Positions 36,318-50,979 of a stretch of DNA of 64,000 nucleotides are shown one piece after another. The first letter of the stretch is position 1. Each line of letters starts with the position of its first letter. A program made the translations under genes and the position numbers. The notes under the pieces are model-generated. The model was not told the origin of the DNA and made no database searches. It saw only the letters and a program-made list of their open reading frames with translations. Source of the stretch: Tubiluchus corallicola (lineage: Eukaryota > Animalia > Priapulida); NCBI GenBank assembly GCA_030141605.1, contig JAQGDQ010000082.1, positions 558,001-622,000 of the forward strand, read 5' to 3'.

Positions 36318-39300
36318 ATGACAACTATAATGTCTGATCGTACACAAAATTTGCAAGGCAACAATTATTTTTACAAGAAATTAAAACTTCAAGTAGCCAA
36401 AAAATTTAAACAATTCTTTACAATTTAAGCAGGTGAATGAAACGACGGTTTTCTGTCAGCTAGTCAAAAACCTGTGAGTCTAGCACACTATATTTGTTTA
36501 TAGGACTTTTATCATTAAACTTTTTAGAAGAAAAGACAAAAATATAGAGATGAGTAAAAGATATTTATGATAAGATATTATGTTAAGATAAAGTAGACTA
36601 AGTTTCAATGTAAAAGGATTAAAATGACATATTTTCAGTGACTGTAGTTATTTATATACCTTAGATAATTTTAGAAATTTAGAAGGGGCAAACAGTTGAG
36701 CAATTATTGCTTGTTCTTAATGATAGAAGTTAAACAAACTGAGTCTGGTCGGTGAATGGATAGATGGCTGCCAGGTTCAGTACCTGCAGTGGTAATCTAC
36801 CTCATCGTAGAAAGATGTATGTATCATACATTCTCAGAGGATTGCCCTTATTAAAGAATGATAGGTTCCTGTCCCTCCATAAGCATGTTACGCAGATGAA
36901 TCACATTTCTGCAGTGTGTTTTGTCAATAATCTTTCCACTTATGTATTGAACACTGCATTGTTCGTCATTGAAATAGAAATCAAGCATTGAACAATGTGC
37001 ATAATCATACAGCGTGCATTCCTCAGATTAACAACATATCATTTGCATAAACTGCTTCAGTGATTTCTTTAATGTCAGCTTAACATGGAAGAACATTACA
37101 GCGGTAGACCTTGGAAAATGATTTTTTAATGATGGCGTTGAAATTTACAAAAGCTGCTATGAGTTAATAGATTATTCAGCATATTATGCAAGGTGATGTA
37201 CTCACGAAAATTGTAAATTTCCTCTAGATAATTTTTTTATTAATGCCCAATGAAATTATTCACAACGTTGCCATAAATATTTTAAAATTCATAAATTATT
37301 TGCTTCTCATACATAATTAGGAAATTAAAAAAAGCTAGTCATTGTTAGCACAAAAACGTTTGACAAAACACAAGTTAAACTCAAGTAGAAGTGTGGGAAT
37401 TGTGAAATATTGTAATAACTAAAGAAGAAAATCATTTTGTTATTAATTCATATTATTAATGATTATTTTATAGAAACCGATTCAGCTCTGAAAACAGACA
37501 GAAGTCGGAACTGTCCATATTTAGACACGATCAACCGCAGTATTCTCGATTTTGACTTTGAAAAGCTCTGTTCGGTCTCTCTATCGCACCTCAATGTTTA
37601 TGCATGTCTCGTTTGTGGAAAATACTTCCAGGGTGAGCTTCTTTATCATTATTGTTTGTTTTGTTTACTAAATTGGACAGACCTACCTTTACTACAGTAT
37701 TGTGGATCAATGACTCTCTTATATTAGCATGTGAATTGCCTTCATAAAGAAAATTTTTAAAAGGTGTTATCTTTTTTTACTGTGAACATTATGAACATTA
37801 TAAACGTTGAATTACCGGTACTTAAGGTGTCAGTGCAGATTTAGTGTGGTCATCGAATTGCCATTATACAGGGCGCACTGTGCAAATCTGTCTGTATCAA
37901 CTTGTTTGATAGATTTCCTTTCCTCTGGGGGCTCAATAGTTGGTCTTTTACTAACTTCATCTCACAACAGATTTTTGTTAAACTTGCTAAATTGTCTGCC
38001 TCATACAAAGTCATCCTCTATTTGTGTGTGGGTTCGATACAAAAACCTATATCAGGCAAAACCAAACCAGACCAATAAAAAGCAATTGTTTTGTCACGTG
38101 TCATCTGCTAATAGTTTACTGATGACAAAGATTGATACCTATGAGAGAATTGTTGTCATGCGCATACAAGTTGTGTCTGAACATGGTTTGGGTCAAACAG
38201 GTTTTTGCAGACAGATTTTTTACCGTGTGCAACTAGTATTAGGTCGAAAAATTTCTACTTGTTACTATCATTCATTTGCGTAGGAATAGTCGAGCAACTG
38301 TAGTTTCTCAACTTTAGCACTGTCACTAAAACTGGTCATTTAGATTCTCATATAAATCTTCATGATTGTGAACTTAGTATTGAATGTGTTAAATATTTTA
38401 TCTATATTTTTTATTGTTTTCTTTAGAAATCGTATTCCTATTGAACTTAACAGTAAAAGTGAAAACTTGAAAAAATTCAGTATGTGATATTACTGAATTA
38501 TGAAATCAGTAACTGGGTTTAGCCTTAGCCATTAGCTGATGCTATTTATACTTATGCCTATATAACTTTATTATCTTTGCTTTTTTCAGTGTAGGAGCTT
38601 TAACTTTCAACTGTCTTTAAAAGTGCTTAATGCTATACAGCACTAGCGCTGATAATCTGTTATTACACTTACTGGACTCTGTATGGTATAATACTGGTAT
38701 GTTTATAGGATTTGTCAGTGCATTTTTTGTATTCGATGTCTATCAAAGCATTATCTTTTTAATTAATTTAAGGTCATTTTTCTTAGGTCGAGGTCAGAAG
38801 TCACATGCCTATACCCACAGTGTGCAAAACGGACACCATGTCTTCATAAATCTCCACTCATTACGATTTTACTGCCTGCCAGACAATTACGAAGTTATCG
38901 ATTCCTCCCTGGATGATATCAAGGTTTCCCACAAGTCACTAGCGTTATCTCACCAGTCACTAGTATTAGAAATATTTATACCATTAAACATTTATTTCTT
39001 TTTGATTTCACCCATAATGATCTATACTGCCTATGAAATGTTGAATAAAAGAAATGTATCATATTTTGCACGCTTGCACTGGTCTTAATGTAAAAAGCAT
39101 TCATTGTTCTTAATATGCACATGAAAGTATAATTGCACACTCAGTGACATCTTTGTCTCTTTTCTCTTCTTTTATTATGTATCCATTGAAATGCGCAATT
39201 GAACTTCCCAGGTGTTGTAGAGAGTTTCAAGTAAAATTTGCAAATTTGTTTTTTTTTCAGTATTTGCTCAATCCAACATTCACTGTGGAACAGATACAAC

Positions 39301-42300
39301 AGATTGATACAAACACCAAATTATCTCGTTCCATAGATGGCAGCACTTATCTGCCAGGTGTCGTAGGTTTAAATAACATTAAAGCTAACGACTACTGCAA
39401 TGTGATACTACAGGTATGGTCTGCAACCGTTCTGTTTTGTCTTCCATCTTGAGATAGTTTAGATGTTTTTGCTTGTTCGTTGTATCGTTGGCAGGGTTGT
39501 AGCTGAAAATCAATTCGGCGTCGGATAAAACTAGAAAGATTAAAGGAAAGGACAAATTACCTAGTGTGTTGGATTTATTTCACTGCTATCACTTGAACTT
39601 AGCAAAAATATAACAAAGAAATTTGCAAAAAAACGGTCTCTAAAGCATTCGATTTCATAACGTAACTGGTGGACTTCCTGACTTTTTGTAAAATTACCTT
39701 TTGCTACTGGCTGTTATGCCTTATTTCATGCCTTAGCATGCACTGTTTAAACTAATTCAAACTTCTGCAGCTTATCTAATATTTATGCAAAAATAACACA
39801 AAATTATATATCTAATTTTTTGTAAAATCTTGTACTTTTGGCGGAAATTGGCAGTGTGCTGCTTTTCTTCAATGTCTCCACGACGTCATTGGTGGAAGAT
39901 TGGGCATTCAAACTGAGAGTCCCCAAACATGAAATGTTCACGACTTTAAAGTAGTTTTACTAATTACACGAGGCACTTACCACACTTTTTATTTTTAGAC
40001 CCTTCTAAGATTTTTTGTGAGTGCTGAAATAGAGGCTTGGCTGGCTTTTCCTTTAACTGATGCAGACTTTAAACTTGCTGGTTGATAAAAGAAAACACAA
40101 AAAGAAATATTAACAACTGAATACAAGTTAGTGCACTTGCTATAGCGACTACGTGAAATGTGGTGTACAACATGTTTCATTAAGTTGCCCTTATCATTCA
40201 TTTATCATTACCAGGTATCAGTTAGTTAGCCTTCAATATTGGATTTTAGTGACCTTAGCAGTATTTGTCGCGAAGAAGCTTTCTATCTTGTCTGTTAGTT
40301 AAATTTGTATTACTTTTATTAGAAATTTCCAGTGGAAAAGAAATGTTTTGACTGAAGCTAATAATTTACTCACTACAACAGAAAGACAAATCTAATTCCA
40401 ATTTTTCATTGTATAGGCCTTGTGTCTGGTTAAACCTCTCAGGAATTACTTTCTTCGAGTTGAAAACTACCAGCACGTGAAGCGTCCTGCCGGCGATCAC
40501 ATGATGCTGCTTGTTCAGCGGTTCGGTGAACTCGTGCGCAAGATCTGGAATCCAAGAAACTTTAAGACGCACGTGAGCCCTCACGAGATGCTGCAGGCTG
40601 TGGTTTTATGCAGTAAAAAACGGTTTCAGATAACAGAACAAGGTGAATATTGTAATTAAACACCCAACAAAGAGTTGTAAATTCTTATATGCACTGTATA
40701 TGCTACGTTATCATACACAGCACTGTAAAATGTCGAAAAAAGGAATCTGTACAGAGTTAGTAGGTAAGGTTTAGACCTCTACAGCAAATCATTGTCCTCA
40801 CATTTTTTTATTATTATCATTTCTTATGTATTCGTAGTTCTATACCTATTTCACAAAACAAGTACAAATAATGCATCCGACAAAAGGCCCATTAGACCAT
40901 TAGCACAGTAACAAAGAATGACTACAAGAAAAACAAAAAAAAATAAACTGGCTGATACATACTTTGAAATACCTTTCTTTTCCTAATTATTAAGACCAGG
41001 TAAGTGACTATCATTAAATAGTAATTAATCGGCTGCAGGTGAATTGACATGGTCACTGTTATAAAAAGAAGATTACTTTTTGATGATACCACTTATCTCC
41101 CTTGCTGAATTAAAAATAATATAAAGGTTTCCAGTACCTCGGGTGGGTGGAAACGTGATGTTACTTTTGCAATTCCTTCCATCTTGGAATGAATATATAT
41201 GGAAAATCAGGCTAAGTTATACCATAATTAATAACAATCTGGCTTCATGTTTTGAAATTTCATTACAGTTTTTTATGGAATGACAAAGCTGTAGGCTTTT
41301 TTAAAACACATTTATAAACCAACTGTGGTATTTAACCGTAACAGTGACACAAAGCTAATAGTATTTTTTCTGCAGGTGACCCAATTGAGTTTATATCTTG
41401 GCTTCTTAATTCTTTGCATTTAACTCTGGGTGGAAGCCATACCAAACCAAAACCCACGTAAGTTAAATATAAAAAATAAAAATTCACGATATTAAATATT
41501 AGTTTTATTCAATAAATTTTAGTTTTTTGTGCAGGAAGTAGGCAGAGAGCCTAACATTCTGAATGACTTTGTAACTGTGACTGAGGCCGATTGAGATTAA
41601 TAGCCCTTCTCGTATCTATGTCTGAGGCTTCTCGCTTTTCGCTGTTAGCCAAGAGTGTCTACAGATCGTGTTATTTGCAGTGGCATTACTCCTTTTAGGT
41701 TTTGGCTTTTGAGTGTAGAAATTTATAAATTTTTGTCAGTTAGACAAAAATTCTCCTTACCCAAACGTCGCTACTGTCATAAGGTCGTTAGTGTTTAGGA
41801 CTGTAATGTAAAACAATGCTGCCAGAAATTATTTTTTATTTATAAAATGTAGCTACACATCAACTGTGCCAACTCATCGTGCCCATGTTCTTAAAACTTT
41901 GTTCTCTTCTAGTTTACTTGAGAGGAAAAATGTGACTTTATAACTATAAAATGGAACCTTTTCTTAATCATGAGCAGCTGTAATTTTATTAAAGTGGCTA
42001 AATACTTGATGACACAACTTCAGTACTTGAAATTCACAACATCACTCTGTAAATCAATCAGTGGATAATAAACACTTTTATTAAAGCTTTTGTTTTAAGT
42101 GAACTGTGTATGGAGAATATTGAAGTGAAAGTAAGAACAAGCATGTTGAAGTCAGTCAGCTGACGAAACCATTTTTTTAATATTTACGAGAACTGAGATT
42201 ATGTATCAATGACGTTAAGAAGGCTGGGTGTACACGAGAGCATGGGTTGAGGCCTTGGGGGTCAACGACCTAAAGATATTAGACGGTTCAAAGAACCCTG

Positions 42301-45300
42301 TTATAACTTTAGCCATTCCTGAAATTTGTTCGTTTTATGCCGTTTTTACTGTTTTTCGCAGTATATAGATTTTTATGTGTTGCTTTTCATTTAGCCAGAC
42401 TTCCAAAACATTCCAAGGCAAGATGTTGATTTAGAATATCGTTAAAAACTTTGGAAATTACTAATTTGTTCGTTTTACGCCATTTTTACTTTTCCTTCTC
42501 AATACATGGTTTTTTATGGGTTTGCTTTTTATTTTAGCCAGATTTCCAAAACGTTCCAAGGCAGAATGCTGATTTACACACGCAAAATGTTGCCAGTCGA
42601 CATTTCAGAAGAAGAAAAGGCAGAGCTACTTGCTTCCCCAGAATACGAAGGTAGATCTACTTGTAGTATTTGCTGATTTGAAAAACAAAAAATTTGAAAA
42701 GCCGTCCATTTAGGCTTACAAATCACTATTACAATAACTACATGTACATTATAATTATAAAGAGAACTGATTCGAGTGATACTATGTGACTATTGTTAGT
42801 GAACGTATTACAGAATTAATTTTTAATGTATACAGCATTAAATCAAACAATTAATGCCATAAACATTTGTTCAATTATCTAAAATTTAAGCTTTACCTAG
42901 TTACCAAGTATGCTTTTTTATGTACTTCGGCACACTGAAAGCTGGAAGCAGCATTCAAAGACAGGCCCTACTTAGCTCATGTTTGCATCATAACTAGAGT
43001 CTGGCTTATCTTCAAGAATAGTCTTCTATGATGAGTCATTGAATGGGCAGAGGTGTGTTTATATCCTCCCTCTGTGATGTCAACAGCCAGGATCAGTATG
43101 GCAAATGAAACCGCTCAGGTCACGTCGAAGTATGCACTCGTAATCACTCTGCCACAACCTCATCAAGCTGTTAAAAATATTGAACTGCACCAAGCTAAGT
43201 GGTACCAGAAATCAGCAGTTACCTTATGTACAATTCATTCGAGTGAACTCTATTGTATTTACAGAATCTTGTACCGAAGCTCCATTCTTGTACCTGACTG
43301 CAGATCTACCACCTGCACCAATCTTCCAAGATGACATGAAGCAGAATATTATTCCACAGGTATTTGGGATTAATTACAGCTCATTAGTAATTAGAAGAAT
43401 ATTGTTTGCTAAATGCTATTATAATAAGTTTTGATGTCCTAGTTTTCAACACTAGTTTTCAGCACTGTTCTTCATTACAGTCATTGTCAGTTACAGTGAA
43501 ATAACAGCTATAACAAATGTCCACATGCTTATAGATATTTTCATTGCAGTCTTCTTTCCGTATCGTTTTGACAGAATTCTGTTGTCGTTTAAATAGCTAA
43601 TGTACAATCTGCAAACTTTTTGAAAACTCCTGATAGTTATTGACCTAGCGTTAGTAGGTCTTCTTCAAAAATATATTATAAAATACTTGAATCATCCTTA
43701 GCGACCAAAAGTAATGATAACCTGCAAAATGTAACAAACGTCAGCTTTTCAACTGTTATGTGAAATCGTGCAGTTGCACCTTGCTATAACTTCTAAAACA
43801 ACTAGAACAATTCCAACGACAACGTTATCAAGGAAAATGCAACATAATTTTGTCAAAACATTGGAAGGCTGTAATAAAGTGTATATTTGTTGAGCTATTG
43901 TTATGTCGTTTAAATTCTCCAATTTCACTTGCCCTGTGAGTTAATGTGCAAAAACCAATATTTGGTTTGGCAGTGTCTACTCACTGACTGAACAATAGTT
44001 CCTGTTTTAACATGTTTGACCTTCAGTGACGGCCCAAATAACTTTACGCATAATACTCCACTGTCAGGGTTAAGTTTGGGTTAGCGTCCAAATTCTCATA
44101 TAGAGCAAAATTAAACATGAAATTGCACATCATTAACACAGAAACATGAACATAGACATTATACACAATTTCATAAACACAAAATTGGAGAATAAACACG
44201 AAACAAGAAAGAAAGTGTAATTGTCAATTTTTACCTTGTTAAACCAACACATTGCTTGCAGGTTAACAGAGCTTATTTAAAAAGCCAAAGTAGATGTCTT
44301 ATGGCACTTTCAGACTAGCAAGTTTTCTGTTGTAAGTTTTCTCTCTGACAGTAAACTCACAAATGTGAACTGCTTTGTGACTTATGTCGGCAAGTTATTT
44401 CAAATTATAAACTCTACAACAGTTGCTGGGAGTTGATTTCCTGTAAGTTACTGTCCACTGTGCAGTGAACAAGAACTGAGCATCAGCTTGCGCTTACTGT
44501 CAGAGAGTAACTAATAGCAAGTTTTGCCCTCGCTTCCAAGTTACTCGCTAGTCTAAACAAGTTTACTTGATGAGTTGCTAAGCAAACAAAAAATAGTGTA
44601 GCCCATGCCATGATGGGGCAAGTTGGTTATTATGTGTTATTGTAGTATTCTAATTTTCTTAAAGTGTATTTGCTACAATCATTTCAGTTCCACTTGGGTT
44701 TGTATCACTATGCAAACCATTGCAAACGAATAATCTGTCTGATCACAAGCTTTTTCTCTTAGGTACCACTCTCAAGTATCTTGGCAAAGTTTAATGGAGT
44801 CCAGGAAAAAGAGTACAAAACGCACAAAGACTCTTGCGTGAAGCGATTTGTAATCACAAAGCTTCCTCGGTATATCATTCTCTGTATTAAGGTATGTCTT
44901 CCTATAAACTAACAGTGCCAAAAACATATTAAGTTTTACTTTTTTAGTACTAGTGCTAGAGTTTTTAGTAAAGAAAACAATAGTGCCAGTGTTTTTACTT
45001 TTTTACTTTTCTACAAGGGATGTGAAATTGATTAGCTGTTACACAACATCTTGCTTTCTCGCCTTGGAGGTCTGATTTTTCTTATGTAGATAGATCAAGG
45101 GGCATTAAGTTTGATCTGTACTAACATCTGAGAAGTTTTAAAGTTTCACAGATTTGCATACTCTCAAGAATCCTTAAGAAGTAAAACAATGCTGAATAGT
45201 AATAGCTGAGTAGATGCAAATTACTGCACATCGAGTATACATTGTTTTTTTAGCTTGATAAAAGTTTTTCATTTTCTGGAGTATATTCAATTGTTTAGGC

Positions 45301-48300
45301 CAAATAATAGCTTTTTAATAAAACTATAGGAACTTGTCCATGTTCACAACAACATAGGTGAACTCGTTCCGTGCTTTAATTTAATTATACTATTCCAAAA
45401 TTCCTAAATTGCTGGCATGTGCGTGACTTTTAACAGCCTAACAAACCAAAATTTGCATAGTAATTTCTGACTATAGGAAACTGTTTAAAAAATTTGTGTA
45501 TTTGGTGCAAATTAAAATGTATTAGTTTTAGATAGCAGCCTAATTTTAGACCCTAGCAATGGTAAGGTAAGGCACCGAATTCCACAGGAACTACTCATTT
45601 TCCTGTGCAGAAAAAAATCTGAAAAAGCAACACTGAAAAACTGCAAAATGAAGAATAAAAAGTACAGTAGCGAGTAAAATCAGCATATTGGTTCTCTCGG
45701 TAAAACTGTAGTTCCTTGCTATTATCCTGGCACATATGCCATGGATGTGTTTTTGCTGCCTAATATTTTATGATAAATAAAATAATAAATTTAAACTCTT
45801 GCTTATTCAGACTTTTTGCACTGATGATGTTGTTTTAGCTTTTATTGTATTTAATTAATAGTTTGGAATGCATAATTGAAAAAACTGCACCATTTACTAT
45901 TTTATATTCTTGCAAAATGCTCTTTTGTTTTAGTGAAACTGCTGTTGTGCACTTTTAAGTATTAAGTATGACTGGTTTTATTATTTCTGTTATTTCAGAG
46001 GTTTAACAAGAATCTCTTTTACGTGGAGAAAAATCCCACTATCGTCAACTTTCCTATCTCGTATGTAAAATTTACTATAAATTTACTGGTAATTGTTCTT
46101 AGATCAGAAATAAGACTAACAACATTGAGATGAGCTGAAATATTTATTGAAATAATTTTTTAGGGTAATTGCAGAGGCCCTGAGATTTGCATTTTAGCAT
46201 AGCATTATGGGTAGGCAGAGGGCCATTGTAGGAACCTTCATAATTTGAAATTTTCAAGTTTTTTCAACCAAAGCGGAAGCGTCTTTGATTCGATTCACGT
46301 AGGAATTGGTCAGAATCAGGCTTTTATGAACTAGAGTGCACATATAGTTTTATACTGAATCTTGTATGACACTAAGTTTCATTGCACCATTGCTTCACTG
46401 TATGATACACAGTTCTATAGCTCGTCATAAGCGGTGCTGAAGACATTTTTCGTTTATTTCAGAATGTGTTTTCTTCCACGTGCAATTTGATACATTAAGT
46501 ACACGATTCTAAAAAGATATTAACTAGTATGGTGTTGAAAAGCTTAGTTTTACTTAGGGCAGCATTGTTAAAATCTGACACTTTATAGTATGGTTCTATA
46601 GCAAAATTATTGCAAAAGCATTATTACATGAAGAGCAATTAAAGGCTCTTGTGTTCCATTCAAGCAGTTTTCAATTTTCAAAAATCATATTTTGCATTCA
46701 GTGCTGGTTTAAATCTCAATTACTTTTCCCTCATGACATGAGACAGTGTTTACAGCAGTCTTTTCTTTGAAGAGCTAGTACTCACCCTAGTAGCGCAGCA
46801 TGTGAGATGAACATGCCAAGTCATGATGATACTCTAATAAGAATTTGTGTCCTTTCAGAAAAATTGATTTTGGTGAAATTTTGTCAGAGGAAGTTAAACA
46901 GCAGCATCCCTTCACAAACTATGATTTGGTTGCTAACATCGTTCATGATAGTCCACCAGGTGCAGAAGCAGGCCAAGGTAAAGCTGGTACTTACAGAGTA
47001 CACATCCTACACAGGGTAAGTTGTTTCCACTACTTCTTTGAACTTGGAGCTGAGCATTACACTGAATTTGTTAAGTTTATATTAAAATTTTGATATATGT
47101 AGCAACTATTAGCTACAGTTTTTTCAAGTGTTCCTAGTGCTTCCCTGTCGGTAAAAGTGCCATAATTATTTTGGAATTTAGATGATATTGCCATCCAAAG
47201 GCTGTGACTTATACGTCTAAGTTACACATATCCAAGCATTATCAAGAAATCTCTGTTGCGAGCGGCTTTATGTCACCTTCGCTATTATAATTATTGATTT
47301 CGTACTTGGCTAACTTGTTGATGCCCACCCCTTCAAATACTGCAAAATATTAAAAATTTTGCCATGACTTTAAATATCCTTACGCTGGAAGTAAAACCCC
47401 AGATGTGTAAAATTTGTTTAAACTTCACTAAAATTTAACTTTGTTGTGCTTTTCTGGAAAACAAGCTAGAGTTCAGGTGTCAGCTTCCTAATAATTAGTA
47501 GTTTTAAATGTTTTGAAAACAAACGGATTTGGAAATCTTACTTTTGCTTCTGTCAGTGTTTCGTTAGCCTAAAATTCATTACATGATTAATGACTGGTGG
47601 ATTAATACATAATTATTATTGATTCATGTTTTAGGGAACGGGAAAGTGGTTCGAGATGCAAGACTTGCACGTTACTGAAATTCTTCCTCAGATGATTACC
47701 TTATCTGAAGCATACATACAGGTAATGTTTGTGTGGTAACTTCCCCAGGGTCTGCTTGTAATTAAAACTTTAAGCTGTGTTTAAATCAATAAATTCAAAA
47801 ACGGCCAAATTAAGCACAAGGTTGAGAAATATTGCGACAAATTCTGCCAGAATTCCAGAATAAGAATGCCAGAATGCATGAACTCACAATGTACGGTCCA
47901 CGTTTGAATTGATGGTCATATCTCTGCAGGACCCCCTGTTTTCGCTCTTTATTAGCGATAATGTTCAATATGATGTCTTTTTCCTTTAGTTTTTTTATAC
48001 TTGTGCGGAACAATAGCACGTGAGGGAAGCACAATTTGGTTCACAGCCCAAGCAACGTGGTGTTTAGCTGTTGTGCGCATGTGGCATGACCATGCGCACA
48101 TGTCTGAGATAACATGCTGCACGCTAGCATCTGCTGCTAAGTAGAAAAGTACTGTCTCCAACACCGTAACAATTACCACGTGCTTACCGTATACCTTCAT
48201 ATTCTAGGATGTGACAAAGTGTAAACTTAGCGTATGTCCTTAAAACATAAATTATTTAATAATGGACGCCTTGCATCCCCAAGAAATAAGTTCTGTGACT

Positions 48301-49770
48301 GCAAATTAACTACAACAGCTTAATTTTTCGCAGTTGTCTCTTCATGAAAACGTTGCAGTTAAGCAAAGAGGCCGTTCAGCACCTGATCTTCAAAAATAAC
48401 TACAACATCAAAATTACATATTTGTTACGTTTTACACAGTAACGGCTGAAGCAGCACCCCCACTAATTTTAGCTACAAGCCGCCACTACATTGCATGCAC
48501 AGGTTCTTTGTAATGACAACACACCATGTTACAGCCACTTTTGAGGCAACTTGCAGCAAGGTTTTAATAAAGGTTTATTGTTATCTTTAGCAGTATTATG
48601 ACCTACCAAGTCAGTGAATAATTGCGCATCAATGACTGAGTCTCACCAAAGCATTACTTGCCTAACAGTGCCAGCTTTTTTATGCAGCACATAGTCATTA
48701 TATAAAATACACTCTTAGCACCAGCCACACTGTAAGATTTACATAAATTCACTATTTCAGAAATGTAACGTCTTTGGTGACTACAAAGCTGACTTTTAAT
48801 ACAAAAAATGTAGAACCTGTCTGCAGTTGGAATCAATAGTCACTTTTGTTCAAAAGATGTGGTACATCTCTAAAGAAGTCCTCAATCACAGTAAATCTGC
48901 AGTCTATTCTTTGTTGAATAGATATGAATTTTTGCCTGTCAATAAAGCTGAAGGTCACCAACCCGGGCTCATTCAGTTAACGACAATCACTAAAACGACA
49001 ATCACATACATGCTTAGTCTATTCTTCACAAACCGATTATCTGCCTCTGCGGGTCTCGGCCAATGTCTCCTCGCTGTCACTTCAATGCTTCTAGTTAAGT
49101 TTCACTTGGTTCAGCCTGCAATTTCTTGTTAATTCACTTGTATTAAAAGTACTCCCATATCTCTCTCCCAAATGCAAACTGGTTTACGCATAGTACTTGT
49201 TTTGCTGCTGCTTCTCAGTTTTATGTTTGATACTCTTAAAAGTTCAGTATTTTCCCTAAACTTCATACATGAGGAATTTTTAGCAGCAAATTGTTTTCCC
49301 TTAAAATACATCATCACATGTTGTAAGAATATCAATAATACTGCTTGTCACTACTACATTAAGTATTACTGTTAGTACTGTACTGGATTTTCATATTCTT
49401 ACCTTGTAACTGTAGCCGAGGTGCTCTATGCAAAAAACATATATTTTATTGGATCCTTTATGAACTATTAGTTGCTAGTCTACCTTTTGCTAGTCAATGA
49501 GAAATTGGATCAACTTTTTTTATCAGTAATTAGGTGTGTGATTTAAACCCTTGGTGCTCCAAGTAACCATTGCACCACAGTTTTTCACAGTTCTCGCTTT
49601 AGCTTCTAGTTTTATTCCACATTTACAATTATTTTTGGATCAGACCCAACACAAAGTGGTTTATTAAGCTTCATTTATCATAAACACTCCTTGTGAACAA
49701 CACAACTGTATTTAAATTTTCTTCGGTTTTTCGGTTTTTACAGATATACGAGTTGCGAAAAGACAGATGA
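36318..49770 (+). CDS. USP39: U4/U6.U5 tri-snRNP-associated protein 2 (USP39/Sad1)
   Basis: Confident exons: 37474-37632, 38787-38923, 39261-39413, 40417-40642, 41376-41457, 42538-42650, 43265-43359, 44763-44891, 45999-46060, 46859-47015, 47635-47721 and 49744-49770 (stop). Putative first exon 36318-36357 is uncertain. Motifs CPYLDTINR.ILDFDFEKLCSVSLS.LNVYACLVCGKYFQGRG (UBP zinc finger), GLNNIKANDY (catalytic Cys replaced by Asp, as known for USP39), EKNPTIVNFP and LPQMITLSEAYIQ. Confidence 0.95.
44302..44563. mobile_element. Palindromic MITE, possibly PIF/Harbinger-like, in a USP39 intron
   Basis: Inverted pairs AGACTAGCAAGT / ACTCGCTAGTCT and CTCTCTGACAGTAA / TTACTGTCAGAGAG. No clear TSD. 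Confidence 0.55.
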
Positions 49771-50979
49771 AAAGAATGACAAGTGGATGGAAACATCAAT
49801 AACCCTCAATTTTATCAGTTTTCACAGACTGATTTCTACCTGTACATTAAAGTAAATAAATTTTAGTTCTGTAAACACGAACTGTTTCTTTTGTGCCCGA
49901 TTCACGATATCGCAATTAATGAATGTTCGTTATTCATTTTGTCAGCTCAAAGTGCATTTAAACTCAAAGGTTGCTACTGTAGTGACAGCGCAAATCCAAA
50001 GACCAGCATACCAGATTATATCAAGTCAGCAATTAAATCAGATAGCCAAAATTTAATAATCAAAATTCTGAGGTCCAAAACCCAAATTAGCACGCACACG
50101 CGTGCGCGCGCTATCACATTAAGCAAACCTAACTGTGAGGAAAACTAATGTTAAATTATTTTGTATAAATGTAAACTAGCAACAATGCTTGATATCCGGT
50201 CAGGTTAGTGGTTACATTAAATTTGTTAGATCTAAATGAGCCAAGTGTGGGTCCACTGGCAGGATATTAAAACATGTTTAGTGACGTCACTAGAGTCAAA
50301 TGTTTGCCACTTGGCAAATTTCTTAAAGCGCATCTCCTGACACCTGACACATAGCTCTTAGGAATTAAATCTGTCTATGCAAAAAACAGTTCCTTTCTTA
50401 ATGTATATTCTCTCACACACTAATGTGATATTAAAATGAAGATAGGCTATGTAAATTATTTTGCCTTGTGATGATAACCAATATGCAAAAACTTAACTTA
50501 TTATTAGAATCTCCAAACGCTACAACAGTTACTCTACAGAATGAAAGAAGTCATGTATAACAAAAATGTATTTTTGTCCTAACTCGGAAAAACCGACAAA
50601 GAGTGTCAAATTTAGCTAAATACATAAAAACTGAACATTTTGTTAAGTGATTTATGTGAAATTATAATCAAGAATATCATATGCACAGTAATTTTTCAAT
50701 ACACCTATGCTTCATTACACTAGCTGCAAACTTGCTATTGTTCATTAAGCTATAAAGTTTGAAGCAAATCATTTTAATACTTACAGGGTACTGCAGATAA
50801 ACTAATGATTAGTAATATGTACATACTCGTTACATACAGTTTAATGATCTGCAGTCATTTACAGCAAGAAGTTCGCTTAAAGCTTTCCAATACAGTCTGG
50901 TTTTGAAGGAAACAAAAACCAATTCAAAACATTAAGTACACATATCACATTTAAATTAAAAATAATCCAGTAGCAGAAG

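Noticed and set aside
37807-38283. 158-aa ORF in a USP39 intron
   Set aside because: Non-ATG start, no recognisable motif; consistent with a chance ORF.
42155-42175. CTGACGAAAC resembling a hammerhead ribozyme core
   Set aside because: No stem II between CUGANGA and GAAA, and no flanking stems.
49768-49800. Two in-frame TGA codons at the USP39 end, suggesting readthrough or selenocysteine
   Set aside because: The protein ends where homologues end, and no SECIS-like hairpin is evident.
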